Of a stretch of 64,000 nt of DNA, positions 1 through 10,412 are shown in pieces. Source of the DNA: Myxococcota bacterium (GTDB taxonomy: Bacteria > Myxococcota_A > SURF-8). The notes beneath the pieces are model-generated. The model worked only from the letters and a program-made list of their open reading frames with translations, did not search any database and was not told where the DNA came from. The number at the start of each line of letters is the position of its first letter. Positions within the stretch are counted from its first letter, which is position 1. Where the stretch lies: assembly GCA_965140415.1 (NCBI GenBank), contig OZ223209.1:2112001-2176000 (forward strand), written 5' to 3'. A program made the position numbers and the translations under genes.

Positions 1-156
1 CTCACAAATGCGTTCGAAGATCTTGGCACGACGGATTTCCGGCTCTTTGTCGAGCACCGGAAGGATGGATTCCCGAACTTCTTCAACGGCCTGAAGAAAT
101 TCCTTCTGTTCGGGATTACGATTGATGACCGCTTGAATATCCACTTCTGCCGACAT
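1..156 (-). CDS. gdhA: NADP-specific glutamate dehydrogenase, N-terminal part (runs off the window start)
   Basis: Manual translation from ATG at 156: MSAEVDIQAVINRNPEQKEFLQAVEEVRESILPVLDKEPEIRRAKIFERICE, matching the GdhA N-terminus (xEFxQAVxEV...FERxxE). AAGGAGG RBS upstream. Confidence 0.85.
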   Translation of the reverse strand, partial: MSAEVDIQAVINRNPEQKEFLQAVEEVRESILPVLDKEPEIRRAKIFERICE

Positions 157-451
157 GAATCCACCTCCTTGAATGGTTGGATAGCGCGTGGCGGCACACG
201 AGGTGCGCCTTGATTTGGGGAACAGGACTTGATCGAAAATCACACATGTATTCAATCCTGTAATGAACCTGCTCGCCTCGGTCTGCCAGGATAGAGGCGG
301 GGAAGTTCGGTAAGCTCCGGTTTTGTTCTCACAATCTCACAGGGAAGTCAACGGAATTTTTCGATGTTTTTTATAAATTTTTAGCAGAGGCGAAGTTTGG
401 AAATTGCGGATAAATTCGGTGTTGGTTGAATTGACAGCGAAACGGTGACAA

Positions 452-1195
452 TCAGTCGCGTAAACTCTTCTGTCTGTAAGCTTCGGAAAGCACGACTCCC
501 CCTGATACTGCCACGTTCAGAGATTCGATTCGACCGCAGCTCGGCATGGAAACCAGTAGGTCGCAAGCCTTCTTGACGAGGCGGCTCATGCCTTCTCCCT
601 CGTTTCCCAACACAAAGGCGCAGGGGGCGGTTAAATCGGTCTTATACAGGCTGGCAGGAGCATCCACTGCCGTTCCGATAATCCAATAGCCGGATTGTTT
701 TAGGGTGTCCAGGCAACGCACCAGGTTGGTTACTCGAATAACAGGCAATATTTCCGAAGCTCCGGCGGAGACGCGGGCCACGACTTCCGTGACCGATACC
801 GAACGATCTTTGGGCAAGATCACTGCGCCGATACCAAAAACCTCCGCGCTTCTCAGTAACGAGCCGAGGTTATGCGGATCTTGAACGTGATCGAGAATCA
901 GCAGGTCCGGCGCAGGCTTGTTCGCGTCGAGCTGCTTTAGCCACTGATCCAGATCCGCATATTTAAAATCGGTGACGCGAGCCAGCACACCTTGGTGATT
1001 GCCGCCCTCGCTTAGGCGCTCCAATTCGGCAACGTCGGCGAAACGGGCGGTAATTCCTGCTTTTCTGGCAAGGGAAAGAACCTGCTTGATGGCCTGGCTG
1101 GATTCTCCCTTTCGAACGAGCAGCTGTTCGATGCTTTTCGGATTGGACTGTAACAATTCCCGGACAGGATGCAGACCATAGGTAAGTCTGGACAT
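452..1195 (-). CDS. rlmB: 23S rRNA (G2251-2'-O)-methyltransferase, SpoU/TrmH family
   Basis: YGLHPVRE N-terminus, NHQGV, LDHVQDPHNLGSLLRS, GNEGEG, ESLNVAV SPOUT motifs. Start MSRLTYG overlaps the pyrF stop codon. Confidence 0.93.
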   Translation of the reverse strand: MSRLTYGLHPVRELLQSNPKSIEQLLVRKGESSQAIKQVLSLARKAGITARFADVAELERLSEGGNHQGVLARVTDFKYADLDQWLKQLDANKPAPDLLILDHVQDPHNLGSLLRSAEVFGIGAVILPKDRSVSVTEVVARVSAGASEILPVIRVTNLVRCLDTLKQSGYWIIGTAVDAPASLYKTDLTAPCAFVLGNEGEGMSRLVKKACDLLVSMPSCGRIESLNVAVSGGVVLSEAYRQKSLRD

Positions 1196-1929
1196 CAGAT
1201 TTCTTCCATCTGACCTGCGATCTCGCGCGCGGCGGCGGCGGGATCTTCGGCAGCGATGATCGGTCTGCCTATTACTAGGTAGCTGGCTCCAGCTTTGCAA
1301 GCGTCCGCAGGGGTCATCACCCGTTTCTGATCGTCGTTTTGAACGCCACCCGCCGGACGCACGCCCGGTGTGACGATCAGAAAATCCGGGCCGGTGGCTT
1401 CGCGGATCAACTGGATTTCGCGCGGTGAGGCGACAACGCCATCCAGGCCGCAATCAAATGCCAGCTTTGCCAGCAAAGCGACTTGCTCGGACGGTTTGCG
1501 CTCGATGCCGATCGAGGCGAGTTGTTCCTCGTCGATGCTGGTCAACACCGTCACTGCAATCAGCTTGGGAGCCGGAATTCCCAGTTCAGCGGCAGTTTGT
1601 ATAACGGCTTCCCGCGCTCGTTTCATCATTACCGGTCCGCCTGCCGCGTGAACGTTGAGCATGGAGCAGCCCAGGCGCACCGCTTCACTACAGGCTTGCG
1701 CTACGGTGTTGGGAATGTCGTGGAATTTCAGATCCAGAAAAACCTTGTGCCCAAGTTCGCACATCTGCCGCACTGCTTCCGGTCCATGGCGCGTGAACAG
1801 GCGTTTGCCGATTTTCACCATTCCCACGTCACCGGCGAAGCTTCGTGCGACTTGTTGCAACTCCGTGAGGCTCCAGTCGCCGTCCATGCCGACGATCAGT
1901 CGTTCGTGAGCCTGCATCTCACTCTCCAT
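1195..1929 (-). CDS. pyrF: Orotidine-5'-phosphate decarboxylase
   Basis: FLDLKFHDIPNTV active-site signature, AVTVLTS, VTPGVRP, DDQKR, VIGRPI. Confidence 0.96.
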   Translation of the reverse strand: MESEMQAHERLIVGMDGDWSLTELQQVARSFAGDVGMVKIGKRLFTRHGPEAVRQMCELGHKVFLDLKFHDIPNTVAQACSEAVRLGCSMLNVHAAGGPVMMKRAREAVIQTAAELGIPAPKLIAVTVLTSIDEEQLASIGIERKPSEQVALLAKLAFDCGLDGVVASPREIQLIREATGPDFLIVTPGVRPAGGVQNDDQKRVMTPADACKAGASYLVIGRPIIAAEDPAAAAREIAGQMEEI

Positions 1930-3673
1930 CCGGCTGACAGGCTTTGTACAGATCCCGCAGGGTATCTTTGACTTTGGCGACGACGTTATCGAAAGGCACC
2001 ATTTCGATGTCCTGGCTGCCGCGCAGTTTGAATTCCACCGCGCGTTGCTCCAAGCCCTTCTTGCCGATGGTGATGCGGATGGGCAGACCCAGCAAATCGG
2101 CGTCTTTGAATTTGACTCCGGCGCGTTCGTCGCGGTCGTCCAGCAGGACTTCCACTCCGCGAGAGACCAATTCTTTATAGATGTCGTTGGCGGTCTGTAC
2201 CAACTGTTCGTTTTTCATCATCACCGGTAACAGATGCACCTCGAAAGGCGCAAGCGGCGCGGGCCAGATGATGCCGTCATCGTCGTGATTCTGCTCGATG
2301 GCGGCGGCTACCGTGCGAGTGACGCCGATGCCGTAGCAGCCCATCGGACAGGCGACCGAGTCGCCGTTTTCGTCCAGCACGGTGGCTCCCATCGGTTCAC
2401 TGTACTTTTTGCCCAGATAAAACACCTGGCCGACTTCGATGCCGCGGCGGGCCTGATACACTCCCTTTGCACAACGGGGGCAGGTTTCGCCTTCTTGTGC
2501 AAGACGGATGTCTACAAAACGTTCGATTTCAACGTCTCGCTTGAGATTGACGTTGATCAGATGCGTATCGCCCTTATTTGCGCCGGTAACGAAGTTGCGC
2601 ATGCTTTCGACGGTTGTATCGGCAACTACCGGAATCTGTAGGCCGACCGGACCGGCAAAGCCGACCGGCGCGCCGGTGACACGGATGACGTCGGCATCTT
2701 CGGCCAGGAAGATGGCGGAGACGCCCAGTGCTCTACGAAGTTTCATTTCGTTCACGTCATGATCGCCACGAATGCAGACCGCGTAGAATTTTTCCTGATC
2801 GTCGTGATAGATCAGGGTTTTGCACAGATCCGCAGGGCTGACCTTCAAGAACTCCGAGACTTCTTCGATGCTGTGCTTGTCGGGGGTTGAAACCTCTTCC
2901 ATCGCTTGCATTTCCGAGCGAGCAGCTTGGTCCGTTTCCAGCGGTGTCACCGGACCGACGGTTTCGGCCATTTCAACATTGGCGGCATATCCGCAGGAAT
3001 CGCAGGATAGAATCAGGTCTTCGCCGGAGTTGGCCAGTACCTGGAACTCGTGAGAGCGCGAACCGCCGATTGAGCCGGTATCCGCTTCCACCGCACGGAA
3101 TTCCAACCCGCAGCGTTTGAAAATGCGCGTGTAGGTGTCGTACATCACCTTGTACTCACGCATGCAGTCTTCTTCGGTCAGGTGGAAGGAGTAAGCGTCT
3201 TTCATGATGAACTCGCGTCCTCGCATCAAGCCGAAACGGGGGCGGACTTCGTCGCGGAATTTATCCTGGATCTGGTACAGATTGATCGGCAGTTGTTTAT
3301 AGGAGGAAATCTCCTTGGCAAAGAGAGTCGTGATGACTTCTTCGTGTGTGGGTCCAAGACAGAATTCGGCGCCTTTGCGATCCTTGATGCGCAACAGTTC
3401 CGGCCCATACTTCTGCCAGCGACCGCTTTTTTCCCAGATTTCGGCAGGTTGTACCATCGGCATCAACAACTCGATGGCTCCTGAGCGGTTGAGTTCCTCG
3501 CGGACAATGGCTTCAACCTTTCGGATGGAGCGCAGCCCCAGCGGGAGATAAATATAAATGCCTGCGGCCAGTTTTCGTATCATACCCGCGCGCAGCATCA
3601 GGCGATGGCTGATAACCTGGGCGTCGGAAGGTTCTTCTTTCAAAGTCGGAATCATCATCTGCGAATATCGCAT
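1919..3673 (-). CDS. proS: Prolyl-tRNA synthetase (bacterial type, with editing insertion)
   Basis: MRYSQ..PTLKE, LGPTHEE, KFRDEVRPRFGLMRGREFIMKDAYSF, GIEVGQVF, MGCYGIGVTR, GVKFKDADLLG. Confidence 0.97.
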   Translation of the reverse strand: MRYSQMMIPTLKEEPSDAQVISHRLMLRAGMIRKLAAGIYIYLPLGLRSIRKVEAIVREELNRSGAIELLMPMVQPAEIWEKSGRWQKYGPELLRIKDRKGAEFCLGPTHEEVITTLFAKEISSYKQLPINLYQIQDKFRDEVRPRFGLMRGREFIMKDAYSFHLTEEDCMREYKVMYDTYTRIFKRCGLEFRAVEADTGSIGGSRSHEFQVLANSGEDLILSCDSCGYAANVEMAETVGPVTPLETDQAARSEMQAMEEVSTPDKHSIEEVSEFLKVSPADLCKTLIYHDDQEKFYAVCIRGDHDVNEMKLRRALGVSAIFLAEDADVIRVTGAPVGFAGPVGLQIPVVADTTVESMRNFVTGANKGDTHLINVNLKRDVEIERFVDIRLAQEGETCPRCAKGVYQARRGIEVGQVFYLGKKYSEPMGATVLDENGDSVACPMGCYGIGVTRTVAAAIEQNHDDDGIIWPAPLAPFEVHLLPVMMKNEQLVQTANDIYKELVSRGVEVLLDDRDERAGVKFKDADLLGLPIRITIGKKGLEQRAVEFKLRGSQDIEMVPFDNVVAKVKDTLRDLYKACQPDGE

Positions 3674-3974
3674 CACAAACCTCCAAAATGGGAAATGCGT
3701 TCTCACCTTCAGGAAGGGCATGGTTATAGCTTACCGCAGACAAGCATGCAAGCAAAAGCTGCAATTCCGGTGAACTCCGAATTTGTAAGGAATCAATCGT
3801 TTCGTAATTATAAGAAAGATGAAAACACCGTGAATTTTACTCGTTTTCAAGTGAAGTAATTGAAAAATGCACCGATATCGTCATTGTAATCTTGTATGAA
3901 AACAGTGGGAATTCATTGCCGTTTCTGGTATACTTACACGTTGTTTGCATACGATTTCTCCCCCGCATGGAGGT

Positions 3975-5507
3975 ATGATGAGGGAACTACTTTTCGTCGG
4001 TCGATGGCTACCTGTCCTTGTGATTGGAGTGCTTTGCTGGTCGGTTGCCGGGTGTCATAATGAGTGTGAACTCGTTCCGATCGGCACGATGGTCGATGGC
4101 GATACCGGGCAGGGCGATCCGGACCAGAATACGACTACCGATGGCGATATTTTCATTCCCCCGGCAGATCAAGACGACGATTCGGATATGACGGATGCGG
4201 ATGTCGATGCGGATGATGTGGAATCCGATGGCGATTCGGATGCACAACCGGACGGCGACGTGGATGGCGACTGGGACTACGATTATGCCGATTTTCAACC
4301 GGACGGGGATCTGGATTGGGCCGATGGAGATGTTGTGGAGGATGATCGTCCCCCCGAAGAGAAGATTCTGCCTTTCGATGACAGGGAATTGCTGGAAGTA
4401 AGCCCGAATGGTTTTTGGGAATACACGATGGAAAACGGCAATGCGGTGGCCACGTTGCGAAAAAACTTGGAAGATGAGCAACCGCTGTTTACGAATGAAG
4501 GATTGGACTACACTTCGAATCCACCGATAGAACCTTCCATGATCCACATTTCCGATCGTCTGGCCTGGGCGGTCTATCGGCCTTTCAATGCCGATGGCCG
4601 GGTGCCGGAAGGCGATCAGGTCATTATTCGCAAGGAGCGACCGGGAGCGGAAATCGGGACGGCAACCATTACCTACCATACGGTTGAACTCCCGGCTACG
4701 GGAAAGGGGCGTTTGGTCCAGGTTGGAGTGCTGCCCACTCAGGAAATTTCCGATACCTCGCATGTGGAATTTTTAGCGGCGTATATCTGGGAAACCACAA
4801 GCAGCAGCGCGTTTCTCATGGTCTATAAATATCGTGCGAGGTTATTATCGCAAAGCGTATCTATTACTCAGGTCGGAACGGAAGATTACGTCCGCTTGCC
4901 TAGTGGCTATCGCGACCGCACGCGCATGCGTATTCTGTCCTCGGCAACCGGTATCTGGATCAATGCCGGCAACGGGGTACATAATTTCACCAATTCCGGA
5001 GTGTATGTAGCCAGTTATCCTTTGCAATACGGTGAAGGCGATTACGAGCGTTTCGATGTCGTCGATTTCGCGTTGTCGCCCGATGGAGATATGCTGTCGG
5101 TTATTGCCAGTATCAAGTTGCGTAATCAGGAAAGGGAAACCGTTTGGCTGATTCACGAAATCGACGATCTTGCGGTGGAAGATCCTGTGGTGCTGGTCAA
5201 AGAGTTCAGCTTTGAGTATGAATTCGATCTGTATCGGACGGTGATCAGTGCCGATGGAAAGTATGCCTTCTGCATCAACCCGGACCCGAACATATTTAAC
5301 GATTTCTACTACATGGATCTTGATAGCGTTCGAAAGCGAGTGATGGCCGTGCAGCAGAATAGCTGGGGACGTCCGGTTGCGCTGGATAACCCGTCGAGAT
5401 TGCTGCTGGCTTTGCCGGTAAGCACGGACGATTTTGTAACCATCCATAATCGCTTGACGATTCGTAACGTGAGCGAAATCGTTTCCGGTGGCCAGGGGGT
5501 CGAGTGA
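3975..5507 (+). CDS. Putative lipoprotein with acidic DGD-rich linker and beta-rich C-terminal region
   Basis: GGAGG RBS before ATG 3975; hydrophobic leader ending VAGC; several DGD motifs in the first ~130 aa; stop overlaps the next gene's GTG. Confidence 0.7.
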   Translation: MMRELLFVGRWLPVLVIGVLCWSVAGCHNECELVPIGTMVDGDTGQGDPDQNTTTDGDIFIPPADQDDDSDMTDADVDADDVESDGDSDAQPDGDVDGDWDYDYADFQPDGDLDWADGDVVEDDRPPEEKILPFDDRELLEVSPNGFWEYTMENGNAVATLRKNLEDEQPLFTNEGLDYTSNPPIEPSMIHISDRLAWAVYRPFNADGRVPEGDQVIIRKERPGAEIGTATITYHTVELPATGKGRLVQVGVLPTQEISDTSHVEFLAAYIWETTSSSAFLMVYKYRARLLSQSVSITQVGTEDYVRLPSGYRDRTRMRILSSATGIWINAGNGVHNFTNSGVYVASYPLQYGEGDYERFDVVDFALSPDGDMLSVIASIKLRNQERETVWLIHEIDDLAVEDPVVLVKEFSFEYEFDLYRTVISADGKYAFCINPDPNIFNDFYYMDLDSVRKRVMAVQQNSWGRPVALDNPSRLLLALPVSTDDFVTIHNRLTIRNVSEIVSGGQGVE

Positions 5508-6283
5508 GCGATTCCCTGAAAACCGAGTCGGATATCGTTATCCGCTACGAGGGGGTGTGCAAGGCGTTCAACTCGAATGTCGTGCTCGATAACGTTTCCT
5601 GTGAAATTCATCGCAACAAGATCACGGTGATTGTCGGTCCTTCCGGCGTCGGAAAGAGCGTGTTCATCAAGCATCTGGTGGGATTGATGGAACCGGATGC
5701 CGGTGTGGTGACGGTCGATGGCGTGGATGTCACGAAACTTCGCGGCAGTGAACTTTTCAAGCTGCGGAAACGATTTGGAATGATGTTTCAGGATGGTGCG
5801 TTATTCGATTCGATGACGGTGGGAGAGAATGTCGGCTTTCCACTGGCGCGTCATACCGACTACAAACCGGATCGCATCGCTGAAATCGTGGCGGAAAAAC
5901 TGGCGGCAGTCGGTTTGCCGGGAATCGAGCACCTGTTTCCCTCCGAGCTTTCGGGAGGTATGAGAAAGCGGGTCGGGTTCGCGCGGGCCATCGTGATGGA
6001 ACCGGAGATCGTGTTATTCGACGAACCCAACAGTGGGCTCGATCCGGTTATGGCCGATGCCATCGACCGGCTGATTCTGCGTATGCAGCGCGAACTCGGG
6101 ATCACGTTCCTGGTCATTTCTCACGATATCGCAAGCACCGCCATGATTGCCGATTATGTCGGGATGCTATACGACGGGCGGCTGATTTCCTTTGGACCGC
6201 GTGAGGAGGTGATGCAGTCGGACAATCCCATACTGCAACAGTTTTTCTCCCGTTCCGCCGAAGGACCGATTCGCGTCGTGTGA
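5504..6283 (+). CDS. mlaF: MlaF/Mkl-type ABC transporter ATP-binding protein
   Basis: GPSGVGKS Walker A, FQDGALFDSMTVGENV, ELSGGMRKRV signature, FDEPNSGLDP; adjacent MCE gene. Confidence 0.85.
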   Translation: MSDSLKTESDIVIRYEGVCKAFNSNVVLDNVSCEIHRNKITVIVGPSGVGKSVFIKHLVGLMEPDAGVVTVDGVDVTKLRGSELFKLRKRFGMMFQDGALFDSMTVGENVGFPLARHTDYKPDRIAEIVAEKLAAVGLPGIEHLFPSELSGGMRKRVGFARAIVMEPEIVLFDEPNSGLDPVMADAIDRLILRMQRELGITFLVISHDIASTAMIADYVGMLYDGRLISFGPREEVMQSDNPILQQFFSRSAEGPIRVV

Positions 6284-6394
6284 TTTTCAGGATGTTTCAC
6301 TGTTCTCAATCAAAATGAATTTCCGCTTGCCTTGCGTGCTTTTCCGCCGTAAGGTTGGAGCCGATTTCCGATTGATTGTCTTTCATACTGCCTT

Positions 6395-7417
6395 ATGGGG
6401 TACCATTGGATGTCAAGAAGCTTCCGAAATGAAGTCCTGCTCGGGATTTTCTTTGTTTTCGTCATCGCATTGCTGATTTACATGTTTCAGGTGGTTGGCG
6501 GAAAAACCATTGCCGATCAAATCGAAATTACCGCCGATTTCGATTCCGCTGCCGGTCTGGTGCCTGAAAACTTCGTGATGGTCGCCGGGGTTCCAGTGGG
6601 TTCGATCAAACGCATCGACGTCGATTTCAACCGCGCCCGAGTTCGTATGCTGATCAACCGGGCCGCGCACATCCGGCAGGACGTTCAGGCGCGTATTCGT
6701 GCAAAGAGCCTGTTGGGTGAAAAATACGTGGAGTTGGTTCCTCAAAGCCGGGACGCGCAGGAAATGGCCGATGGTGGTCATATTCAGGCCACGAGCGTAC
6801 CGGTGGAAGTGGATGAAGTCTTCACTGCGTTGCGTCCGTTTCTGGAAAAGCTCGATCCCATGGCGCCCAAGATCGAAGGTGTGTTAACGGAGTTGGAGAC
6901 GTTGCTTGGCCAGTTGAATGAGACCGGACGTGAGAAAAAGGAAACCGTCGCACGCATTATCGAGCAGACCGACGAATTACTCTCGCAGGCCAACCAATTG
7001 GTTCGCAATAACGAAGCCAAGCTGACACGCACGATGGATCAGATGGACCGTCTGACGAACACAGCGGTTCAGCGCACACCGGCATTATTGGCAAAGGCCG
7101 ATGAAACCCTGCAACGCATCGACCGTATCGCTCAGGCGGTGCCGGTGGAAACCTTGCAGCGTGTACCCGCCACCTATGACAAGTTGGATGATGCCATCGA
7201 ACAGGTGGCCGATCTGACGGGGCGGCTGAATCGCTCCGGCGATCGCATCGAGCGCATTCTCACCAATCTGGATATTCTGTTCGGGCGTTTGCTGGCGGTG
7301 GATGAATTGGCGATAAGAAAGTTCCTTCAGCAAGAGGGCGTCAATATCAATCTCACCCAAGACGAAGCCTCAAAGAAACGTATCCGGGAGTTGGAGCAGA
7401 GCCAGTCGAAACCTTGA
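6395..7417 (+). CDS. mlaD: MlaD/MCE-family protein with long helical C-terminus
   Basis: N-terminal TM helix; FDSAAGL, AGVPVGSI, SLLGEKYVEL MCE motifs; start may be ATG 6410. Confidence 0.85.
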   Translation: MGYHWMSRSFRNEVLLGIFFVFVIALLIYMFQVVGGKTIADQIEITADFDSAAGLVPENFVMVAGVPVGSIKRIDVDFNRARVRMLINRAAHIRQDVQARIRAKSLLGEKYVELVPQSRDAQEMADGGHIQATSVPVEVDEVFTALRPFLEKLDPMAPKIEGVLTELETLLGQLNETGREKKETVARIIEQTDELLSQANQLVRNNEAKLTRTMDQMDRLTNTAVQRTPALLAKADETLQRIDRIAQAVPVETLQRVPATYDKLDDAIEQVADLTGRLNRSGDRIERILTNLDILFGRLLAVDELAIRKFLQQEGVNINLTQDEASKKRIRELEQSQSKP

Positions 7418-7469
7418 AGAACCTCACGGTGCATCATCAAGCAACCTTGTGTTCGAAATTCATAAAACT

Positions 7470-7507
7470 AAAAAACCGGGAAGCCTATGACGCTTTCCCG
7501 GTTTTTT
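7470..7507. terminator. Bidirectional intrinsic terminator between convergent mlaD and pgm
   Basis: AAAAAACCGGGAAGC-loop-GCTTTCCCGGTTTTTT hairpin with A and T tracts. Confidence 0.8.
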
Positions 7508-7527
7508 GTTGAGGTAGAATGGTTTCG

Positions 7528-9321
7528 TTATTCGATGGTCATGGCCAGTTCGGACATGGTTTTAAGTAAATCCTGCACGGCCTGCCGCTGTTCGGTGCGG
7601 ATGGAGTCTAGATCGCCCGTAACCGGAGCGTACAGGCTGACGTAGAATTTGATTTTAGGTTCCGTGCCGCTGGGACGCACCGCTACCCAGCTTTTGTGAT
7701 CCTTTTCCAATCGGAAGATCAACAGATTGCTGGCCGGACCGTCAACCGAGTCGACAATCTTTCCTGACATATCCCGGATCTGACCGTTTTCACGGTCGAT
7801 GATGGCGAGGACTTCGTGGGGGCCGATGCTTTTTGGCGGATTCTCGCGCAGGGTCGCCATGATACGCGCCATGCGCTCGCTTCCTTTCGCCCCTTCCAGG
7901 TAGATCGCCGTACCGCCATCGGCAAAATAGCCGTATTTCCGGTAGGTCTCATCCATGAAGTCGAGAACGCTTTTGCCTTGCGCTTTTTGCGTTGCAGCCA
8001 GTTCTGCAAAGACCAGGGCGCCGATTGCGCCGTCTTTGTCGCGAGTCTGCGGGCCTTTCATGAATCCGATGGATTCTTCCGAACCGAAGAGGAAGTCGTT
8101 GGGATCCGCCTGTTTTTCGATCTGTTCTGCGATCCATTTAAAGCCGACCAGCAGACTGTTATTGACTTTGAGTCCATAGCTGCGGGCGATGGTGGGCATC
8201 AACGGTGACGAAACACAGGTGCTGTAGACCGTGTGGTTGTTCTTCAGCGTTCCAGCCGCCTGCATTTGCTGGCCGATGAATTCCATCATCAGCGCTGCGC
8301 ACTGGTTACCGGAAAGAATGGTGAATTCTCCCGCCGTCCGGGACGGCACCGCCACCGCCAATCGGTCGGCATCCGGATCGGAAGCCATAACGACATCGGC
8401 TCCGATGGCTTTGGCAAGGGCGATGGAAGCATCCAGACCGGTCAGAACTTCGGGATTGGGTTGATGCTTGGGAACGTTTTTAAAGCGGCCATCCGGGTCT
8501 TTCTGGCTTTCCACCAGGTGAACGTCTTTAAAGCCTGCTCGTTGCAGGATCGGATAGACCGAATTGATGCCGGTGCCATGCAAAGGCGAGAAAACGATTT
8601 TAAGTTTCCTGTTGGATGTCAGCGCCTGGGAAATCACGGCGTCCTGATACTGGCGGTCGTGTTCCGGTCCGAGACGATGAATCAAGCCTTTGCCGCAGGC
8701 TTGCTCGTAACTCAACTCGTTGATTTCGGTGGCGTTCATGACTTCCTGGATCAATTCGCCATCCAACGGTGGAACGACCTGTCCGCCATCGCTCCAATAG
8801 GCTTTAAAGCCGTTGTCCTGCGGCGGGTTATGGCTGGCGCTGATTACGATTCCGGCATCGCATTCCAATGCTTTGATGGTGAAAGAGAGTTGGGGCGTGG
8901 AGCGGGGACCGTCGAACAAGTAGACATCGATGTCATTGCCTGCCAGCACACAGGCGGTTTTCAGCGTGAATTCAGGAGAGGTCAGCCGAGTATCGTAGCC
9001 GATGACGACTTTTGGGCGCCGATCCGTGATTTTCTTGCGCAATTTATTGGCGACTCCCTGGGCGCTTTCGGCATACGCGATTTCGTTGAGCCGATTGGAA
9101 CCCAAGCCTACTTTACCGCGTCGGCCACCGGTGCCGAAGGGGATGATCTGGTAGAAAGCGTCGTTGATTTCATCCCACATCTCTTTTTCGATCATGGACG
9201 CCAGTTCGTCGCGATAGCTGGCGTATTTCGGTTCGGTAAGCCATAAATTTACGTTTTTTTCAGCAGATTCGGATAGATTGCCCTGCAAGACAGCTTGCCG
9301 GACTCGCTCGGCTAGCGGCAT
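7528..9321 (-). CDS. pgm: Phosphoglucomutase/phosphomannomutase (alpha-D-phosphohexomutase)
   Basis: FGTGGRRG, SASHNP phosphoserine loop, DPDADR metal loop, EESIG, RPSGTEPKIKFY. Confidence 0.92.
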   Translation of the reverse strand: MPLAERVRQAVLQGNLSESAEKNVNLWLTEPKYASYRDELASMIEKEMWDEINDAFYQIIPFGTGGRRGKVGLGSNRLNEIAYAESAQGVANKLRKKITDRRPKVVIGYDTRLTSPEFTLKTACVLAGNDIDVYLFDGPRSTPQLSFTIKALECDAGIVISASHNPPQDNGFKAYWSDGGQVVPPLDGELIQEVMNATEINELSYEQACGKGLIHRLGPEHDRQYQDAVISQALTSNRKLKIVFSPLHGTGINSVYPILQRAGFKDVHLVESQKDPDGRFKNVPKHQPNPEVLTGLDASIALAKAIGADVVMASDPDADRLAVAVPSRTAGEFTILSGNQCAALMMEFIGQQMQAAGTLKNNHTVYSTCVSSPLMPTIARSYGLKVNNSLLVGFKWIAEQIEKQADPNDFLFGSEESIGFMKGPQTRDKDGAIGALVFAELAATQKAQGKSVLDFMDETYRKYGYFADGGTAIYLEGAKGSERMARIMATLRENPPKSIGPHEVLAIIDRENGQIRDMSGKIVDSVDGPASNLLIFRLEKDHKSWVAVRPSGTEPKIKFYVSLYAPVTGDLDSIRTEQRQAVQDLLKTMSELAMTIE

Positions 9322-9606
9322 ATTCGATCTCCTTTGTTTACTCGATGCATATCGGTAATACTGCACTCTCCTCTGTTCAATTACCAGACTTTGGAGGGAT
9401 TGACAACCGAAATCATTCCGTCAATCTGTTTGTTATTTGTTTGAAATCATTGATACAATTATATCAAGCGACAAGCCGCCTGAAATTTTTACTTGCATTT
9501 TTCGATTCCATACGTATGATTCCGCTCCTATGTTACGTTTGGCTGTCTCTGATTGTTGACTGATAGTTGGATCGGTCAATGAGTCATGGAAAGCGGTGAG
9601 GTTAGA

Positions 9607-9981
9607 ATGGCGTTCAAGAAAAAGGAATTGCAGCACTACAAAGAACTGTTGCACGAAAAGCGCGATGAAATCTTGAAGTCGATTCAAGAACGCAAAAAGC
9701 TATCATTCCAAAGTCAAGAGCAGATGGTCGAGGAAATCGACCAGGCGAGTCAGGCAAGCGAGCAGGCTCTGCATATGCGGCTTTTAGACAAGGACTTGAA
9801 ATTGCTGCGTGAGATCGACTTGGCGCTGGCGCGTTTCGAAGACGGTTCTTACGGCTACTGCATGGGCACCGGCGAAGAAATCGAGCGCAAGCGCTTGGAG
9901 CTTCGCCCCTGGACCCGTTATTCTTTGGAGCACAAGCAGGAACTGGAACGTAAGAAGAAGTTCCAGAAAATGCTGAAATAG
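9607..9981 (+). CDS. dksA: DksA/TraR-family RNA polymerase-binding factor (one-Cys variant)
   Basis: Coiled coil with EEIDQA tip, then IDLALARFEDGSYGYCMGTGEEIERKRLELRPW. Confidence 0.85.
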   Translation: MAFKKKELQHYKELLHEKRDEILKSIQERKKLSFQSQEQMVEEIDQASQASEQALHMRLLDKDLKLLREIDLALARFEDGSYGYCMGTGEEIERKRLELRPWTRYSLEHKQELERKKKFQKMLK

Positions 9982-10412
9982 GTTAGACCCTTTCCCTTCC
10001 GTGAATGCATGGACGGGTCTGCTCTTTACTGCTGCTTCTATCGGTTTCTATTCCATTTTGGGGACCAGTGCGCGATCAAACGGCGCTTGTTCCCGCATTT
10101 CTGCAACAAAATCATGAGGGGTTAAGTGAATTTCACCGCTTCGGTTGGAATTTTTTCTTGGTTTTCCGTGTCAATGGCATATGTGCTGGTTGTTGGACGC
10201 ACGTCGCTTTGTCTTTTGTACAGTTAAAGTATGGGACCATTAACTCTTTACAAATTCAGCGCGAAATGGTTCAATTCGTTAGAGAAACGTATTTCGTCAG
10301 TCCCAGTTGCGGGAGGGGTCAGTTTATTTCTGAGTTTAGCTCGATTCAAGTCGATTGAAACCTTTGTTTGAACATGACAAAGATAGCAACCTAAATGAAA
10401 AGGAGATGGATC

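Noticed and set aside
1196-1453. N-terminal extensions in the ORF track (rlmB from 1453; also proS 3721, pgm 9366, PilZ 12876, 20540, 39972)
   Set aside because: They overlap neighbours or lack an RBS; downstream starts fit RBS position, signal peptides and family N-termini better
8233-9246. Long antisense ORFs (also 4008-4763, 45945-46766, 57078-57761, 61468-62097)
   Set aside because: Lie opposite well-supported genes and show no motifs
10005-10358. 117-aa ORF between dksA and the aldolase gene
   Set aside because: No RBS or motif, atypical composition; more likely a regulatory region
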